This document shows positions 17,004 through 28,100 of a DNA stretch of 64,000 nucleotides, in pieces. The notes beneath the pieces were generated by a model. That model had not been told where the DNA came from. It saw nothing but the letters and a program-made list of their open reading frames with translations, and did no database searches. A program made the translations under genes and the position numbers. The stretch is from a virus (lineage: Duplodnaviria; Caudoviricetes), in the IMG/VR virus record IMGVR_UViG_3300008259_003073; one strand, written 5' to 3'. Position 1 is the first letter of the stretch, and each line of letters opens with the position of its first letter.

Positions 17004-18677
17004 TTATTTATCCGTAGTAGATTTACCAAAAACTCTTTGTATTTCCGGTCCTTTTGAAGAATCTACTTTTGATTTTATAATTTTAAGTGCATCTTTTTTT
17101 AATTCACTAGGATGAGAATTAAACCATTCTGAAATATCTTCATTACTCTTTATTGCTCTTCTTCTTTGTCCACCATCATCGATATAATTTGTGTAAAAAT
17201 CATACCATCTTAATACGGAATCCGCTAATTCTTTTCCAGTTTTGGCAGGTGTGTTTTGACTTGCTTCGTTTACTGATTCGTATTTAATCATATCTGGATT
17301 AAACTTTTCAAAATTCTTTCTTGCCCATTTTACGGCAGCTTCATAAGAATTGAATTTAATCCTATCCTGTTTGAACCCCTTTGCCTTATTTAAGAAATCA
17401 ATATAAACTTTTTCTTCGTTTATAGATTCTTGAATTTTATTTCTTTTCATCCATTCTTCTAAATTACGAATTGCTGAATCAAATACTCTACTTCTATCAT
17501 GGTCCATTCCAAAGTTTTTGAAGTATTCTTTCATCATCTGATACGGTGAATCTAATTGCTCACCGTTTCTTTTCATATCTTTGATATTCATAGCAACTTG
17601 ATAAGCTGCCATCTTACCACCAAAGAAAATAGCTTCGGATGTAATATCATTCCAAAATCTATCCACCAATGAAGATAATGGTTTTCCTTTTGAGCGATAC
17701 CCAAATTTTTCGTTACCTAATGATTCTACAAAGTAAATCAATCTTTCTGCGTTGGTTACTTTATCTAAAAACTTTTCCTTTACCATTCCTTGAAGAACTT
17801 TTTCACCCTGTGATGAAATTGGAATTTTGTTGATTCCTAATTCTTTCATTTTAGAATCAACATCACGAGGCATCATAAATTCGTTTATTGATTTACCTTC
17901 ACTAATTACTTTATTACTTGGAAATGATACTGATGGTTGGTTTCCAAATGTTTTATCAACTTTAGCATTGATTCCAAATTGTGATTTTAACATTTTTACA
18001 ACACCACTGCCAAACTTTATATCAGTAAGTTTAAGATAAATGTAATTTCTATTAGGTGCATTCTTAATTTCACCACTTACAAACTTTGAACCTATTAATT
18101 TAATAATATCATCTACTACATCTGCTGCAAGGTATCCTTTAAGTTCGGATTCTTTTACTACGGAATATCCAGTTAAATCGGCTTGCCTCTTTCCCTTTTT
18201 CTCTTCACTATCTTTACCACTAAATGCGAATGGAGTATTGTATCCTTCAACACCACCAGTAGTATTCATCTCATCTACTTTTAATTCGGCATCTTTGTAC
18301 ATATCACTAACTTTGTCATTCAATTCTGCTGCCAATTTTTTCTTTTGTGCAGTTAGTGTTTTTAGTTGTTGTATGTGTTGTTTTTCGGCAGGAGTACCTT
18401 TGGATTTTTTATATGCTTCTAAACTCTTTTCCATAGAATCTAAAACTTTTGCATAATCCGTTTGAATGGCCTTAACAGAACGTAATTCAGCCAACACCAT
18501 TTCTTTTATTTTATCAGGCAATCCTTTGTGAGATGTTGATGCAAAATCTTTAGCATCTTTATCACTCATTGAATCTGCTGCTTTTTCAACTTCTGGGGAT
18601 GGGTTTTCCATATCGCCCTTTTGAGCGGCGTGTACCATACCCATAAATTTTTGTTGTGCTTTAGATACTGCTGGCAT
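17004..18677 (-). CDS. Modular putative internal head polyprotein
   Basis: N-terminal MPAVSKAQQKFMGMVHA motif; unrelated-looking modules separated by IKE, VDE, VKE, ISE, INE, ES(I/V)NE. Confidence 0.6.
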   Translation of the reverse strand: MPAVSKAQQKFMGMVHAAQKGDMENPSPEVEKAADSMSDKDAKDFASTSHKGLPDKIKEMVLAELRSVKAIQTDYAKVLDSMEKSLEAYKKSKGTPAEKQHIQQLKTLTAQKKKLAAELNDKVSDMYKDAELKVDEMNTTGGVEGYNTPFAFSGKDSEEKKGKRQADLTGYSVVKESELKGYLAADVVDDIIKLIGSKFVSGEIKNAPNRNYIYLKLTDIKFGSGVVKMLKSQFGINAKVDKTFGNQPSVSFPSNKVISEGKSINEFMMPRDVDSKMKELGINKIPISSQGEKVLQGMVKEKFLDKVTNAERLIYFVESLGNEKFGYRSKGKPLSSLVDRFWNDITSEAIFFGGKMAAYQVAMNIKDMKRNGEQLDSPYQMMKEYFKNFGMDHDRSRVFDSAIRNLEEWMKRNKIQESINEEKVYIDFLNKAKGFKQDRIKFNSYEAAVKWARKNFEKFNPDMIKYESVNEASQNTPAKTGKELADSVLRWYDFYTNYIDDGGQRRRAIKSNEDISEWFNSHPSELKKDALKIIKSKVDSSKGPEIQRVFGKSTTDK

Positions 18678-18689
18678 TTTTAGTAAAGT

Positions 18690-18914
18690 TTAGGCTAATA
18701 CATAAACAGAACCACCATTGGTTACTGTTACACTTTTAACATAGCAAGGGAATGGTTCTCCTGCGGTTAGATGTGCTAACGAAATAGTTGTTCCACCTTC
18801 CAATGTAATTGTACCAGTTACACCACTTACAGGCAATACTCCCCAAACTCTATCTATTAATGAAGCAGAACCAGATGTTACTAATTTTGCGTCAAATGCT
18901 CTATAATTTACCAT
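18690..18914 (-). CDS. Small beta-rich structural protein
   Basis: 74 aa, mostly beta-type sequence, located in the head module. Confidence 0.45.
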   Translation of the reverse strand: MVNYRAFDAKLVTSGSASLIDRVWGVLPVSGVTGTITLEGGTTISLAHLTAGEPFPCYVKSVTVTNGGSVYVLA

Positions 18915-18916
18915 TT

Positions 18917-19792
18917 TTATTTATTTAAACTATTTTTTAATTCTTTTAACAACTCATAACTCATCATCATTGCCGATAAATGTTGTTCCTTAATTTTTTT
19001 AACTGATTTAATTTTTCTAATGTTAGATATAGTTTCAGCTAATTTAATTTTTGTTACCTTATCTGGTATTTTAGAACCAACTTCTTTCAACCCATTAATT
19101 AATTTAATAATTTCGGTTGAAATATATTCATTCAATTTACCAGTATTATTAATGTTATTTATGTATTCTCTCAATAAAAGTTTTTGTTCTTCTGTAAGGT
19201 TTTTGTATTTGTTATTAAAAGATTCTACCAACATCTTATAAGAGATTGCTCTCAAATCTTCGTCCTGCTTTTTATATTCTTCCAAAACTGCATCTTTGAT
19301 TCTAGCATCTTTATTTTGAATGGATGAATTGATTATACTTTCAGCAATAGTAAAACGAGAACTTACAATATCCGTTGGGTCATATTGTTGATTAGTTGAT
19401 ACTACTTCGAATATTTTATATATAGATGCTAATGTTTTATAATTAGAAATTGGAGATTTAATAAACTCATCTAAACCATAAGTTTCTTTAATTTGTTTAA
19501 TTAAATTATACTTTTCTTTTATAAGCTTCTTTTCATCCAATTGCTTTCGTGCTTCCAGAATTGTATCTATAAATTTTTCAGCTTTAACTTCTGAATTATA
19601 TTTTTCATTTATCAAAAATTGATATAATTTTAATTCTTTGGATAATTCCTTTTTAGAATTAAAATGCTCTTTCAATATACTTTCTGCTACTGATTTATTT
19701 GCAGACATTATTTCTGATGTAATTTGTCTTACAAGCAATTCAAATATAAATCCAGTATTTTTAAACTTTGAATGTTTTATTTTTTTCATCAA
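18917..19792 (-). CDS. Conserved head-assembly-region protein downstream of portal
   Basis: 291 aa, helical, MKKIKHSKFKNTGFIFELLVRQIT N-terminus; occupies the position of T4 prohead core genes. Confidence 0.5.
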   Translation of the reverse strand: MMKKIKHSKFKNTGFIFELLVRQITSEIMSANKSVAESILKEHFNSKKELSKELKLYQFLINEKYNSEVKAEKFIDTILEARKQLDEKKLIKEKYNLIKQIKETYGLDEFIKSPISNYKTLASIYKIFEVVSTNQQYDPTDIVSSRFTIAESIINSSIQNKDARIKDAVLEEYKKQDEDLRAISYKMLVESFNNKYKNLTEEQKLLLREYINNINNTGKLNEYISTEIIKLINGLKEVGSKIPDKVTKIKLAETISNIRKIKSVKKIKEQHLSAMMMSYELLKELKNSLNK

Positions 19793-19810
19793 TTTTTATA
19801 ATTTGTCAGA

Positions 19811-19819
19811 TATAAATAT
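19811..19819 (-). promoter_or_regulatory. ATATTTATA promoter-like motif
   Basis: Exact motif between the portal stop and the next ATG. Confidence 0.6.
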
Positions 19820-19836
19820 ATTTTTATATTTCTTTA

Positions 19837-21579
19837 TTACTTTTTGGTTAAATCTTCTGTCAAAATAGTTTTTTTATTACCATCCATATCCTTAAAAACT
19901 TCAAAATATGAACTCTTTCTCGGTTTGTATGGAACAGAACCTTCTTTTGCTTTAAGAGTTTTTATTCCTAATGGGTCTCTACCTTCAGGATGGTCATCAT
20001 GCCCATATCTAACAGGGTCTTTTGGTCTACCAACCTGTCCATCTAATTCAAGTTTTAACTTATTCAACTCCTCTTCAACATTAGTTGGTCCACCTTCAGT
20101 TCCAGTTTCTTTTGCTGGGTCTACACCTTGTGTTTCAATTGAAGTTAAACGGAACATTTGTTTAGTATCATCTAATACCTGCAATGTTAATTCATCCTGC
20201 TCATCTTTTGCCATCTTCATTACGGATTCATACATCCATTCTTTGGAGAACATCTTTGTTTGTTGCATTTGTTGAATTAGGGCTACTTTTGAAGTGTATA
20301 GTTCAACCTGCTCCTGCTCATAAATTCTAGATGGAACTGTTAATTCCAATGTAAAGTCTGTTAAACGGTCATCGTTAATACCTTGTGCGTATAAATGAAC
20401 GATTGCAATTTTAGTTAATTCGGAAATCAATACTCTCTGAACTCTTTCAATTGTTTTGGCAAAACGAATATCCATTGATGCCAATGTTGCTTTACCATTA
20501 GTATCTTCCTCATAACCCAAATATGCTTTTGGAATTTTAAGTGCAGCCATCAACTTCCCTTTTAAGTAATTGATGTCATCAATCATATTGTACTCTAAAC
20601 CTTTTAGGGTATCAATTGAAGTTCCATTATCACTACCTCGAACTGGCATATAATAATCTTCAATAAGATTCATCATATTGTACTTTAAGTTGTACTCACC
20701 CGTTCTTTCATCAACAAATGGAACTTTCTTTGATGCGTTGATGATTTTTTGCATGTAGTTATCCACTTCGTTTGGTGGGATATTACCAACATCCACTTTA
20801 AAAATTCTCTTTTCAGGAGCTCTCATTACTCTGTGGATTAACATTGCATCTTCCATCAACATTAATTGTTTCCAAACTCTTCTAGCTCCTTCAACCATAG
20901 ATTTTCCATAAGGTAAGAAGTTTGAATCTGAATTTAAACGGAAGTGAGCAATCTCATAGTTTTCAAATTCCTTTTTAGTAGTTTGACCTACTGCCATATA
21001 TGGGTTTTGATATGGGGCATATACGAATTTAACTCTTTGTGGATTTTCAGGATCAAATCCCTCTACTCTACTCATTTCGTATGATGATAATGGCATTACG
21101 TTTATAATTCCCAATTCATCTGCAATTTCTAATTCTAAAAAGAAATCACCATATTTTACCAAGTTTCGTGTCCAAGGCCATAAGTTGAACTCAATGTTAA
21201 GAATATCGTAAAATAAGTTTTCTAATATTTGTTTGATGTTATCATCATCGTGATGAATTTTTAAAATACTACCATGTTCGTTTTTAGCGGTACATTCATC
21301 TGCATATACATCCAATGCGGATGATAAAATGGGGTCCATATCCATTGAATCGTAATCTCTAAACAAATCGATACGAACTTGTTGGTATGCCATTGCAGAT
21401 TCCACCCCACCTACACCGTAGTTACTTACTTTGAGTTTCATATAACGGTCTACAAGGTTAGTTGTCATATTCTGATACTCATCAGTATCGACTATTTTAA
21501 CTCCTTTTTCCGTTTTTCTTACTATGGTATTTGTTGAAAATAATTTCTGTAACCTACCGAATAATGTTTTATCTGCCAT
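19837..21579 (-). CDS. gp20: Portal protein, T4 gp20-like
   Basis: LMEDAMLIHRVMRAPEKRIFKVDVGNIP, EDYYMPVRG...TSIDTLKG and DDINYLKGKLMAALKIPKAYL motifs. Confidence 0.95.
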   Translation of the reverse strand: MADKTLFGRLQKLFSTNTIVRKTEKGVKIVDTDEYQNMTTNLVDRYMKLKVSNYGVGGVESAMAYQQVRIDLFRDYDSMDMDPILSSALDVYADECTAKNEHGSILKIHHDDDNIKQILENLFYDILNIEFNLWPWTRNLVKYGDFFLELEIADELGIINVMPLSSYEMSRVEGFDPENPQRVKFVYAPYQNPYMAVGQTTKKEFENYEIAHFRLNSDSNFLPYGKSMVEGARRVWKQLMLMEDAMLIHRVMRAPEKRIFKVDVGNIPPNEVDNYMQKIINASKKVPFVDERTGEYNLKYNMMNLIEDYYMPVRGSDNGTSIDTLKGLEYNMIDDINYLKGKLMAALKIPKAYLGYEEDTNGKATLASMDIRFAKTIERVQRVLISELTKIAIVHLYAQGINDDRLTDFTLELTVPSRIYEQEQVELYTSKVALIQQMQQTKMFSKEWMYESVMKMAKDEQDELTLQVLDDTKQMFRLTSIETQGVDPAKETGTEGGPTNVEEELNKLKLELDGQVGRPKDPVRYGHDDHPEGRDPLGIKTLKAKEGSVPYKPRKSSYFEVFKDMDGNKKTILTEDLTKK

Positions 21580-21636
21580 TTTAATATTTTGTATCTAATT
21601 TATAAAGATAAGTAAATTTTTGGAAATTTCCAAGTT

Positions 21637-22140
21637 TTACCATTTTCTACAAGACCAATATCTAGCTTTATGTCTAGGTCCTGGTTGGTCACAATTATGT
21701 CTTGCTCTAAAACTTCTTCTTCTATCTGGATTGTTCTTTTTAATTTTTACACCCTTTTGTCCAAAGTTTACTTTAACAACATTACCTTGTGGATTTTTTA
21801 CATATACTTTAAATTTCTTAACATCACCTGCCATTGGTTTTCCCAACTGCACTTCTCTACCCTGATATTCTGCTTCTCGTAAACATTGACAACCTTCATT
21901 TAATGTTTTATCGTACCCTCTCATAAAAGAAATAAAATCTTCCATGTCCTCATCTTCTACATCGTATTCTTCTGGTTCAACATATCCATAATTTACATCA
22001 TCATCACTATCTATATCTTCCGACATAGGTACACAATTGGGAACTTCTCTACCATCTTTGGTTTTCATTCCAACTTGCTGATACCCTTTCCAACAAGGTC
22101 CTTGTTTTTCTTTTAAAGGAATTAAATTTATTAGTCTCAT
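21637..22140 (-). CDS. Modular putative internal head protein
   Basis: MRLINLIPLKE leader; PCWKGYQQVGMKTKDGREVPNCVP module; C-terminal RRRSFRARHNC...ARYWSCRKW module. Confidence 0.6.
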   Translation of the reverse strand: MRLINLIPLKEKQGPCWKGYQQVGMKTKDGREVPNCVPMSEDIDSDDDVNYGYVEPEEYDVEDEDMEDFISFMRGYDKTLNEGCQCLREAEYQGREVQLGKPMAGDVKKFKVYVKNPQGNVVKVNFGQKGVKIKKNNPDRRRSFRARHNCDQPGPRHKARYWSCRKW

Positions 22141-22158
22141 ATTATAATAGTTTCAACA

Positions 22159-22167
22159 TATAAATAT
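22159..22167 (-). promoter_or_regulatory. ATATTTATA promoter-like motif
   Basis: Exact motif just after the terminase stop. Confidence 0.6.
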
Positions 22168-22174
22168 ATAAAAT

Positions 22175-23782
22175 TTAACGAAGTAACCAAGTTAGGTTTT
22201 CTACATCACCTTTACCTACTTCCATTTCGTATGGATTCTTACCAGACCAACCAGTGGAGTACACACCACTAAACTGATTTATTTGAGTTGAGTTCAACAT
22301 ACTCTTTGTTAAATCAATACCTTCTTGTCTCAAACGAAGTGCAGTGTTACGAACCCACAACCCAATTGCCAATGCCATTACCAAGTCATCATTGTACCCC
22401 TTCATTGCTTCTGCTCTACCACCATGCCATATAAAGGTAAACATCTCATCTATTAAACGATTTGAACGTATTAGAATATCTTTATCACTCATATATGTAT
22501 CCAATGCTGAAATGATAAGAGGACGAGTTTTAGATGTTGTGGAGAATCCGGCAACCATTTGTTTTTCATCTCTGTAAAACTTATTACTCATTTGTTTTTC
22601 AACATCAATATATTTCAAATCGTTACTCATATAAAACAGATTTGGATACCCTCTATCTATGATTTGTTGAATACATGCCCAACCTACGTTTGAATTTTCT
22701 ACAACTAATAAAGCGTTGTTATATTCAGTTGCTAATGAAGTTAAAAAATTACCAAAATCTTTTGTTTCAATTTTACCTCTGTATTCTGCTACTTGACAAC
22801 AATCTTCTATATCAATTACCTGTGCAGTAGAATAATCGGCTCCATCTCCTCTCGCAACGTCAGCACATACCATGTACTGCTTGTTATAGTTTGGGTACTC
22901 CCATATCCATAAGTTATTATCAAACCCTCTCTTCTCAACTGGGTCCATCACATAGGTATCTTTGTACCAAGTTAATAATGCGGGGTCAATTACGGTATCA
23001 CCTGAACCAATAAAGTCACAATCACATTCTTGTGCTGCACCTTTAACCCCCAAAATACGAGTCTGTTCATCTCTCCAAGCCTGGTTTCTTTCAGGGTGTA
23101 CTGTCCAATGTAGGTTAATACAATTGAAACCATTTGCACCACTTTCACCTTCTACCCACATTTTATGGAACCAGTTACCAACACCGTTTGGTGTAGATAA
23201 TACTATTGCGTTACCACCTGTTGATAGGGTTGATTGTGCCGATAACCAAATTTCATCGATATCTCTAATGAATGCCGCTTCATCCACTACTAAAAGTGAT
23301 AGAGCTTCCGAACGACCTGCATCTGGTGAAGATGCAATTGCCTTTACCTGTGAACCATTCTTTAATTTAAGTGATAGTTTGTTATCTTCAGCCGCTGCAG
23401 TTCCACCATCTCTCAACCATACTGGCAATAAATCGTGCATAACCCTAACCTTTTCTACAAGGTTTTTGGCTACCGTTACTTTTGTTGCAATAACCAATGC
23501 GTTAAAGTCCTGATTGAATATCATTTTCCAAAGAATAAATCCCGCAGAAAGTGTTGATAAACCTAACTGACGAGATTTTAGAATGATATTAAAACGATGG
23601 TCTTTAAAATCAGTTAAACACTCCTCTTGAAAAGGATAAAGGTGAAAGGGAATTTTCCCTCTCACCGGATGTTGAATAACACAATACTTCTTCATAAAGT
23701 AAATGGGGTCAGCCGCACATTTACGATATTCTTCAGAAATTATTTCTTTTAAAGTTTTTTTTGGTTGTCCTTGAACTCCCAT
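22175..23782 (-). CDS. gp17: Terminase large subunit, T4 gp17-like
   Basis: LYPFQ adenine motif; Walker A ILKSRQLGLST; Walker B LLVVDEAAF; STPNG; nuclease ADVARGDGADYS and DDLVMALAI. No intein evident. Confidence 0.97.
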   Translation of the reverse strand: MGVQGQPKKTLKEIISEEYRKCAADPIYFMKKYCVIQHPVRGKIPFHLYPFQEECLTDFKDHRFNIILKSRQLGLSTLSAGFILWKMIFNQDFNALVIATKVTVAKNLVEKVRVMHDLLPVWLRDGGTAAAEDNKLSLKLKNGSQVKAIASSPDAGRSEALSLLVVDEAAFIRDIDEIWLSAQSTLSTGGNAIVLSTPNGVGNWFHKMWVEGESGANGFNCINLHWTVHPERNQAWRDEQTRILGVKGAAQECDCDFIGSGDTVIDPALLTWYKDTYVMDPVEKRGFDNNLWIWEYPNYNKQYMVCADVARGDGADYSTAQVIDIEDCCQVAEYRGKIETKDFGNFLTSLATEYNNALLVVENSNVGWACIQQIIDRGYPNLFYMSNDLKYIDVEKQMSNKFYRDEKQMVAGFSTTSKTRPLIISALDTYMSDKDILIRSNRLIDEMFTFIWHGGRAEAMKGYNDDLVMALAIGLWVRNTALRLRQEGIDLTKSMLNSTQINQFSGVYSTGWSGKNPYEMEVGKGDVENLTWLLR

Positions 23783-23783
23783 A

Positions 23784-24434
23784 TTATTTTTTCAATTTAA
23801 TCTTCCAATATGTTCCAAATCCAACATAAGGAGAGAATGCGCCAGTTGTTCCATCAGTGGTTCTATTGTTAACACCAATGTTTAAGTTGTAAATTTTATC
23901 TTTTTTAGTTTTAAGAATTAAACCAGCTCCAACTGCTGATACATAATCTTCTTTATTAAATCCCCCATTCAAACCGAAATATACTTGATTTTTTGCGGGT
24001 TCTTTAACAATGAGTTCTTCTCTTATAGTTCTTTCTCTAACTTTAGCATCAAATGTTCTACCTAAAATTCTGTTTTGAGATATAGTATCAGTTACCGATA
24101 CGGTTCCCAATGAATCAGGTAATACTAATACATCTTTGTATAAAACTTTAGAATAGTAATTTTTTAACAATGCTGCCGTATCTATTACCGCAGGAATTTT
24201 TACTTCTTTTTCAACAATTATTTCATGATAGATGTCATCTCCTTTTTTGGTTACTACTTTGGTTTTGATTACATCAACGGTATCAATTGTATGTTTAATT
24301 ACTTCGTATTTTTTACCGTCTATTTTAATAATCCTACCACCTGGCATTACTCCACCTGGGTTAAACCATTGTAATAATACATAGATAATTAGTACTGCTA
24401 TTGCAATGTTTTTAAATGTTACAAATTTTTTCAT
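23784..24434 (-). CDS. Membrane-anchored protein, possibly lysis/spanin-related
   Basis: N-terminal TM helix (IAIAVLIIYVLLQWF), TDTI-type repeats, beta-rich C-terminus. Confidence 0.4.
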   Translation of the reverse strand: MKKFVTFKNIAIAVLIIYVLLQWFNPGGVMPGGRIIKIDGKKYEVIKHTIDTVDVIKTKVVTKKGDDIYHEIIVEKEVKIPAVIDTAALLKNYYSKVLYKDVLVLPDSLGTVSVTDTISQNRILGRTFDAKVRERTIREELIVKEPAKNQVYFGLNGGFNKEDYVSAVGAGLILKTKKDKIYNLNIGVNNRTTDGTTGAFSPYVGFGTYWKIKLKK

Positions 24435-24437
24435 AAT

Positions 24438-25106
24438 TTAGTTTTTTATTAATTCTGAATGATTCAACTCTCGTAACTTATTTTCTAATGCCAATTTACG
24501 TTCTAACAATGCTTCAATTGCATCGTAAGCACCTTCAATATCAGTTTTTAAATCAGATTTTACTTTTTCAATGTCAATATCCCATTGCCATTTACTAAAT
24601 GTACCATCTTCATTAACCATTTCAATTTGTTGCGTTACACTATCCAACGCTTCTTCTAATTGTGATTTAGTATCTCTAACAAAATCCAATTTATTTAATG
24701 TTATTCTATAATCTTCATAAAAAGGCCAACTACCATCTTCTCGTAATGATTGTTCTATTTTCCTCATACAAGTTACACAATACCCAGTTCTAACAATTAA
24801 TTTTTTATCTGCACTACTGTATTGTATTGTTCCACAATTTTCAGAAGAACAAGTTGTTATTTTTTTCAAATACTCTCTGGCATCATCTAATTTAGTGGCA
24901 TTGATTTTGAAACCTTCTTTTTGTTCCCATTCGATACCATTTTCATCTACCCAAATTTCGCCAACTTCTCGTTTTGTTTCATCTGCCTTTTCATAACCAA
25001 ACACATTTTGATTATCATCAGTTCTACCAAAAACCGTATCAATAATTAATTGACGGGATTTGTGTATGTGTTTATTTTTTTCGTCAAAACTTTTTCTTTT
25101 TGCCAT
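24438..25106 (-). CDS. Conserved hypothetical protein with putative Cys4 zinc site
   Basis: CSSENC...CVTC; coiled-coil C-terminus. Confidence 0.5.
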   Translation of the reverse strand: MAKRKSFDEKNKHIHKSRQLIIDTVFGRTDDNQNVFGYEKADETKREVGEIWVDENGIEWEQKEGFKINATKLDDAREYLKKITTCSSENCGTIQYSSADKKLIVRTGYCVTCMRKIEQSLREDGSWPFYEDYRITLNKLDFVRDTKSQLEEALDSVTQQIEMVNEDGTFSKWQWDIDIEKVKSDLKTDIEGAYDAIEALLERKLALENKLRELNHSELIKN

Positions 25107-25151
25107 TTTTCTATATTGTTATAACCTATTTATTAATTATATATATTAAAA

Positions 25152-28100
25152 TTATTCGTAAAATATACCTAATATCTGATTTAGTGGTGCAAATGTGCCT
25201 GTAAGTTTGTATGTATTACCCTTATACACAAACACTATACCTTCATTAGGAACTATCTTACCCTTACCACCAATACTAGCTAATCTACTTAATTCCATTT
25301 TTAATTTAGCTATTTTAGATACATCACCACTACCTCTTACTTTTTCCGCAGTAGATTCCAATCTGTTTTTCATATCGGCAACTGCTGCATTTGGATTTGC
25401 AGTTAAAACTGAACTCATAAACGAAAGAACATCGGCACCAACTCCCAAAAATATCTCTTCAAATTGTCTAACATTTTCTTTTTGTTGCTTTACTACATTT
25501 ACTTTATCATTATCCATTGCCCACTTTTGAGCTTCCTTATCTACAATTGCATTTAAACGGAATGATTTATCACCAAACGCCCATCTCTTTATTAATGCAT
25601 CTCTTTCAAATTTCTCTAATTTAACTTTTGATTTATCTATAAAATTAGACCACCATGCTTGATGATATTCGGAAACACCATCGTTGTTAGATAATTGAAA
25701 TTCAGATTGTAATTTTTGTAATTTACTTAAATACTTACCTTGCTTTGAACTCAAATTTTCATTTTTAGGAAGTTGTGTAACAGGAGGTCCTTGTATAGTA
25801 TATTTAGATTGAACATCCGCATTCACTTGCTTAATCATCCCTGCCAATTTAGTTGCTGCAGATTGGTCAGCAGAAACTGCTTTACCACTTTCATCATAAC
25901 AAGTTGTGTTATGAAATACCAATAAAGCCTGTCCGTAAGGAATAACATTTACAGAAGTTGGCCATATTACTTCCAAATTCATAAAACAATGTCCTTCATT
26001 AAATATTTTCTTTCGTTGTGGTTCCGAAAGAGATTGGATTGCCGCTGATAAATCTTTCATTGCAAAATTATATGCATCGGTTAATCCACCTCTACCACTA
26101 AATTTAGATGCAACATCTTCAATTCCCATTGCGTTTGCTCCACCATTTGCCAAATGTCCTTTGTTTCTTGCTGCAATCAATCTACCATTCTTCCAGCTAA
26201 TTGCTAATGCCTGTCCATCGGTTTTTTCTCTTGTCAATTCTAACTCACCAGTCAATGCTCCTGTGATTATATTTTTTAAATCACCAAAAGTTAAATCCAT
26301 ATCATCAAATGGGTGAGACATGTGACCGTATGCACCACCTTCAGTTAAAATCGTTTCATTTGTCTTTTTTTTTAAGTTTCTTTTTTGAAGAACTAATTTA
26401 TTTAATTCTGAAAATAAATCAGCAATATCTTTATCCAATTTTTTTTCATCAGCTGACATTGGGGATTCAATATCTACATTGGAATAAAGTTTTTTCTTTT
26501 TAGCAATTAAAGCATCTACTTTTTTAAGTAAATCATTCTTTGCCGTATCTAAATCTTTTATTATATCTTCCGTTGATGATTCGTTTAGCTTAACCCCCGC
26601 ATAATCTAATCTATATTCATAATACGCCTTTTTAATATCAGCAGGAATCTTTGAATTTTTAGTGAATATTTGGTCTACCATCTTACGAGTATCATTTGAT
26701 GATAGATTCCATTTTAACTTATTTTTATCTAATGTAAAGAAAGTATTTAAAGTAAAATCTATCTTACTCAACATTGGTTTCAAAATTTCATTTTCAAAAA
26801 ATGAATCGTATTCCTTTCGCTGCTCTCTCTCTAAATAATTAAGAGCGAAGTTCCCATCATACAAATACGCTTTTAATGCTTTTCCAACCATCACCAACAC
26901 ATACTTTTTATCGTTAGGACCTAAATACTTTTCATCGGAATTACCAATCACATATGTGTACTGATTACCTACCAAGTCCTTTAATTTTACTTCGTTTAAT
27001 TTACCGGTATCCGTTTTAAAGAATGGACCTCTTCTTACACTTCTAAAATCTAAACTCATTTCGTTTCCAAAAATCTCTTTCGGTGCAAGTACTTTTACTC
27101 TAATAGTTCCATTTTTGTTATCTACACCTATTGTTTCAAAATCAATTTCGGAGTATTTTTTACCTTTAAATCCTAAATTTTTACCAGTAATAAACTTATG
27201 AACTTTACCACTACTAACTGCCTGTGCTTCACTTACAGGTTCATATCCATTATCTTCGGTATCTTTTATATTGGGTTGATGTCCTGGCTGTCTTTTTCTA
27301 TTATCATCAAAATCTACAGTATCTAATTCAGCTGATTGCCCAATATCGTTCTTGTGATTGTTTGTAAAATCTTTTACGGCTTGAGATATAGATTCACCAC
27401 GTGGTATTCTAAATGTTGTTGCCTTCTTACCATTGATTGTAGGCATTCCGTGGTCATCTTTACCAATATCTTTAACGGTAACTCTTTTATTTTTAAACTT
27501 ACCCATTAAAACCTCATCACCCTTATCAACATCTACATTAATATCTTCTTTGACAAAATCAGTTTCAACATATTCTACACTTGGTAAGTTTTTTATAGTA
27601 TATTTTATAGTTCTTTCTTCCGCATCATCATCACCAAATATAGCATCTGCTTTTGGAAAATCGGTTTGAGTGTATCCACCATTCGCATACCAGGATTCAG
27701 GTCTATCGGAATCTAATTTTCTTTTTTTACCTTTTTTAATAAATGAACCATCTGGAACATCTGCGGTATTTGCAGTTCCAACATTACTAACCTCTGTGTA
27801 AATTTGTTTGTTGATTCTACCATATTCTCTCATAAGAATACCTGCTACGGCATGTGCTTGGTTTTCAACTGGCGAACCATCTGCCCCATCTTTAACTTCG
27901 TTTCGTATAAACCCCAACTCATCTTGTTTTCTATGAACCATTTCATGTGCAAGTGTTCTCAATATATCCGCAGTTAATCTACCTTCAGTTGCAACATATA
28001 TTGATTTACTAATCGGGTCATATCCACCCAACGATGTTTTGGCTTCTGCAAATTTTCTACCACCAACTAAAGTTATTTTTGGAGTTTCTTTTAATTTTAA

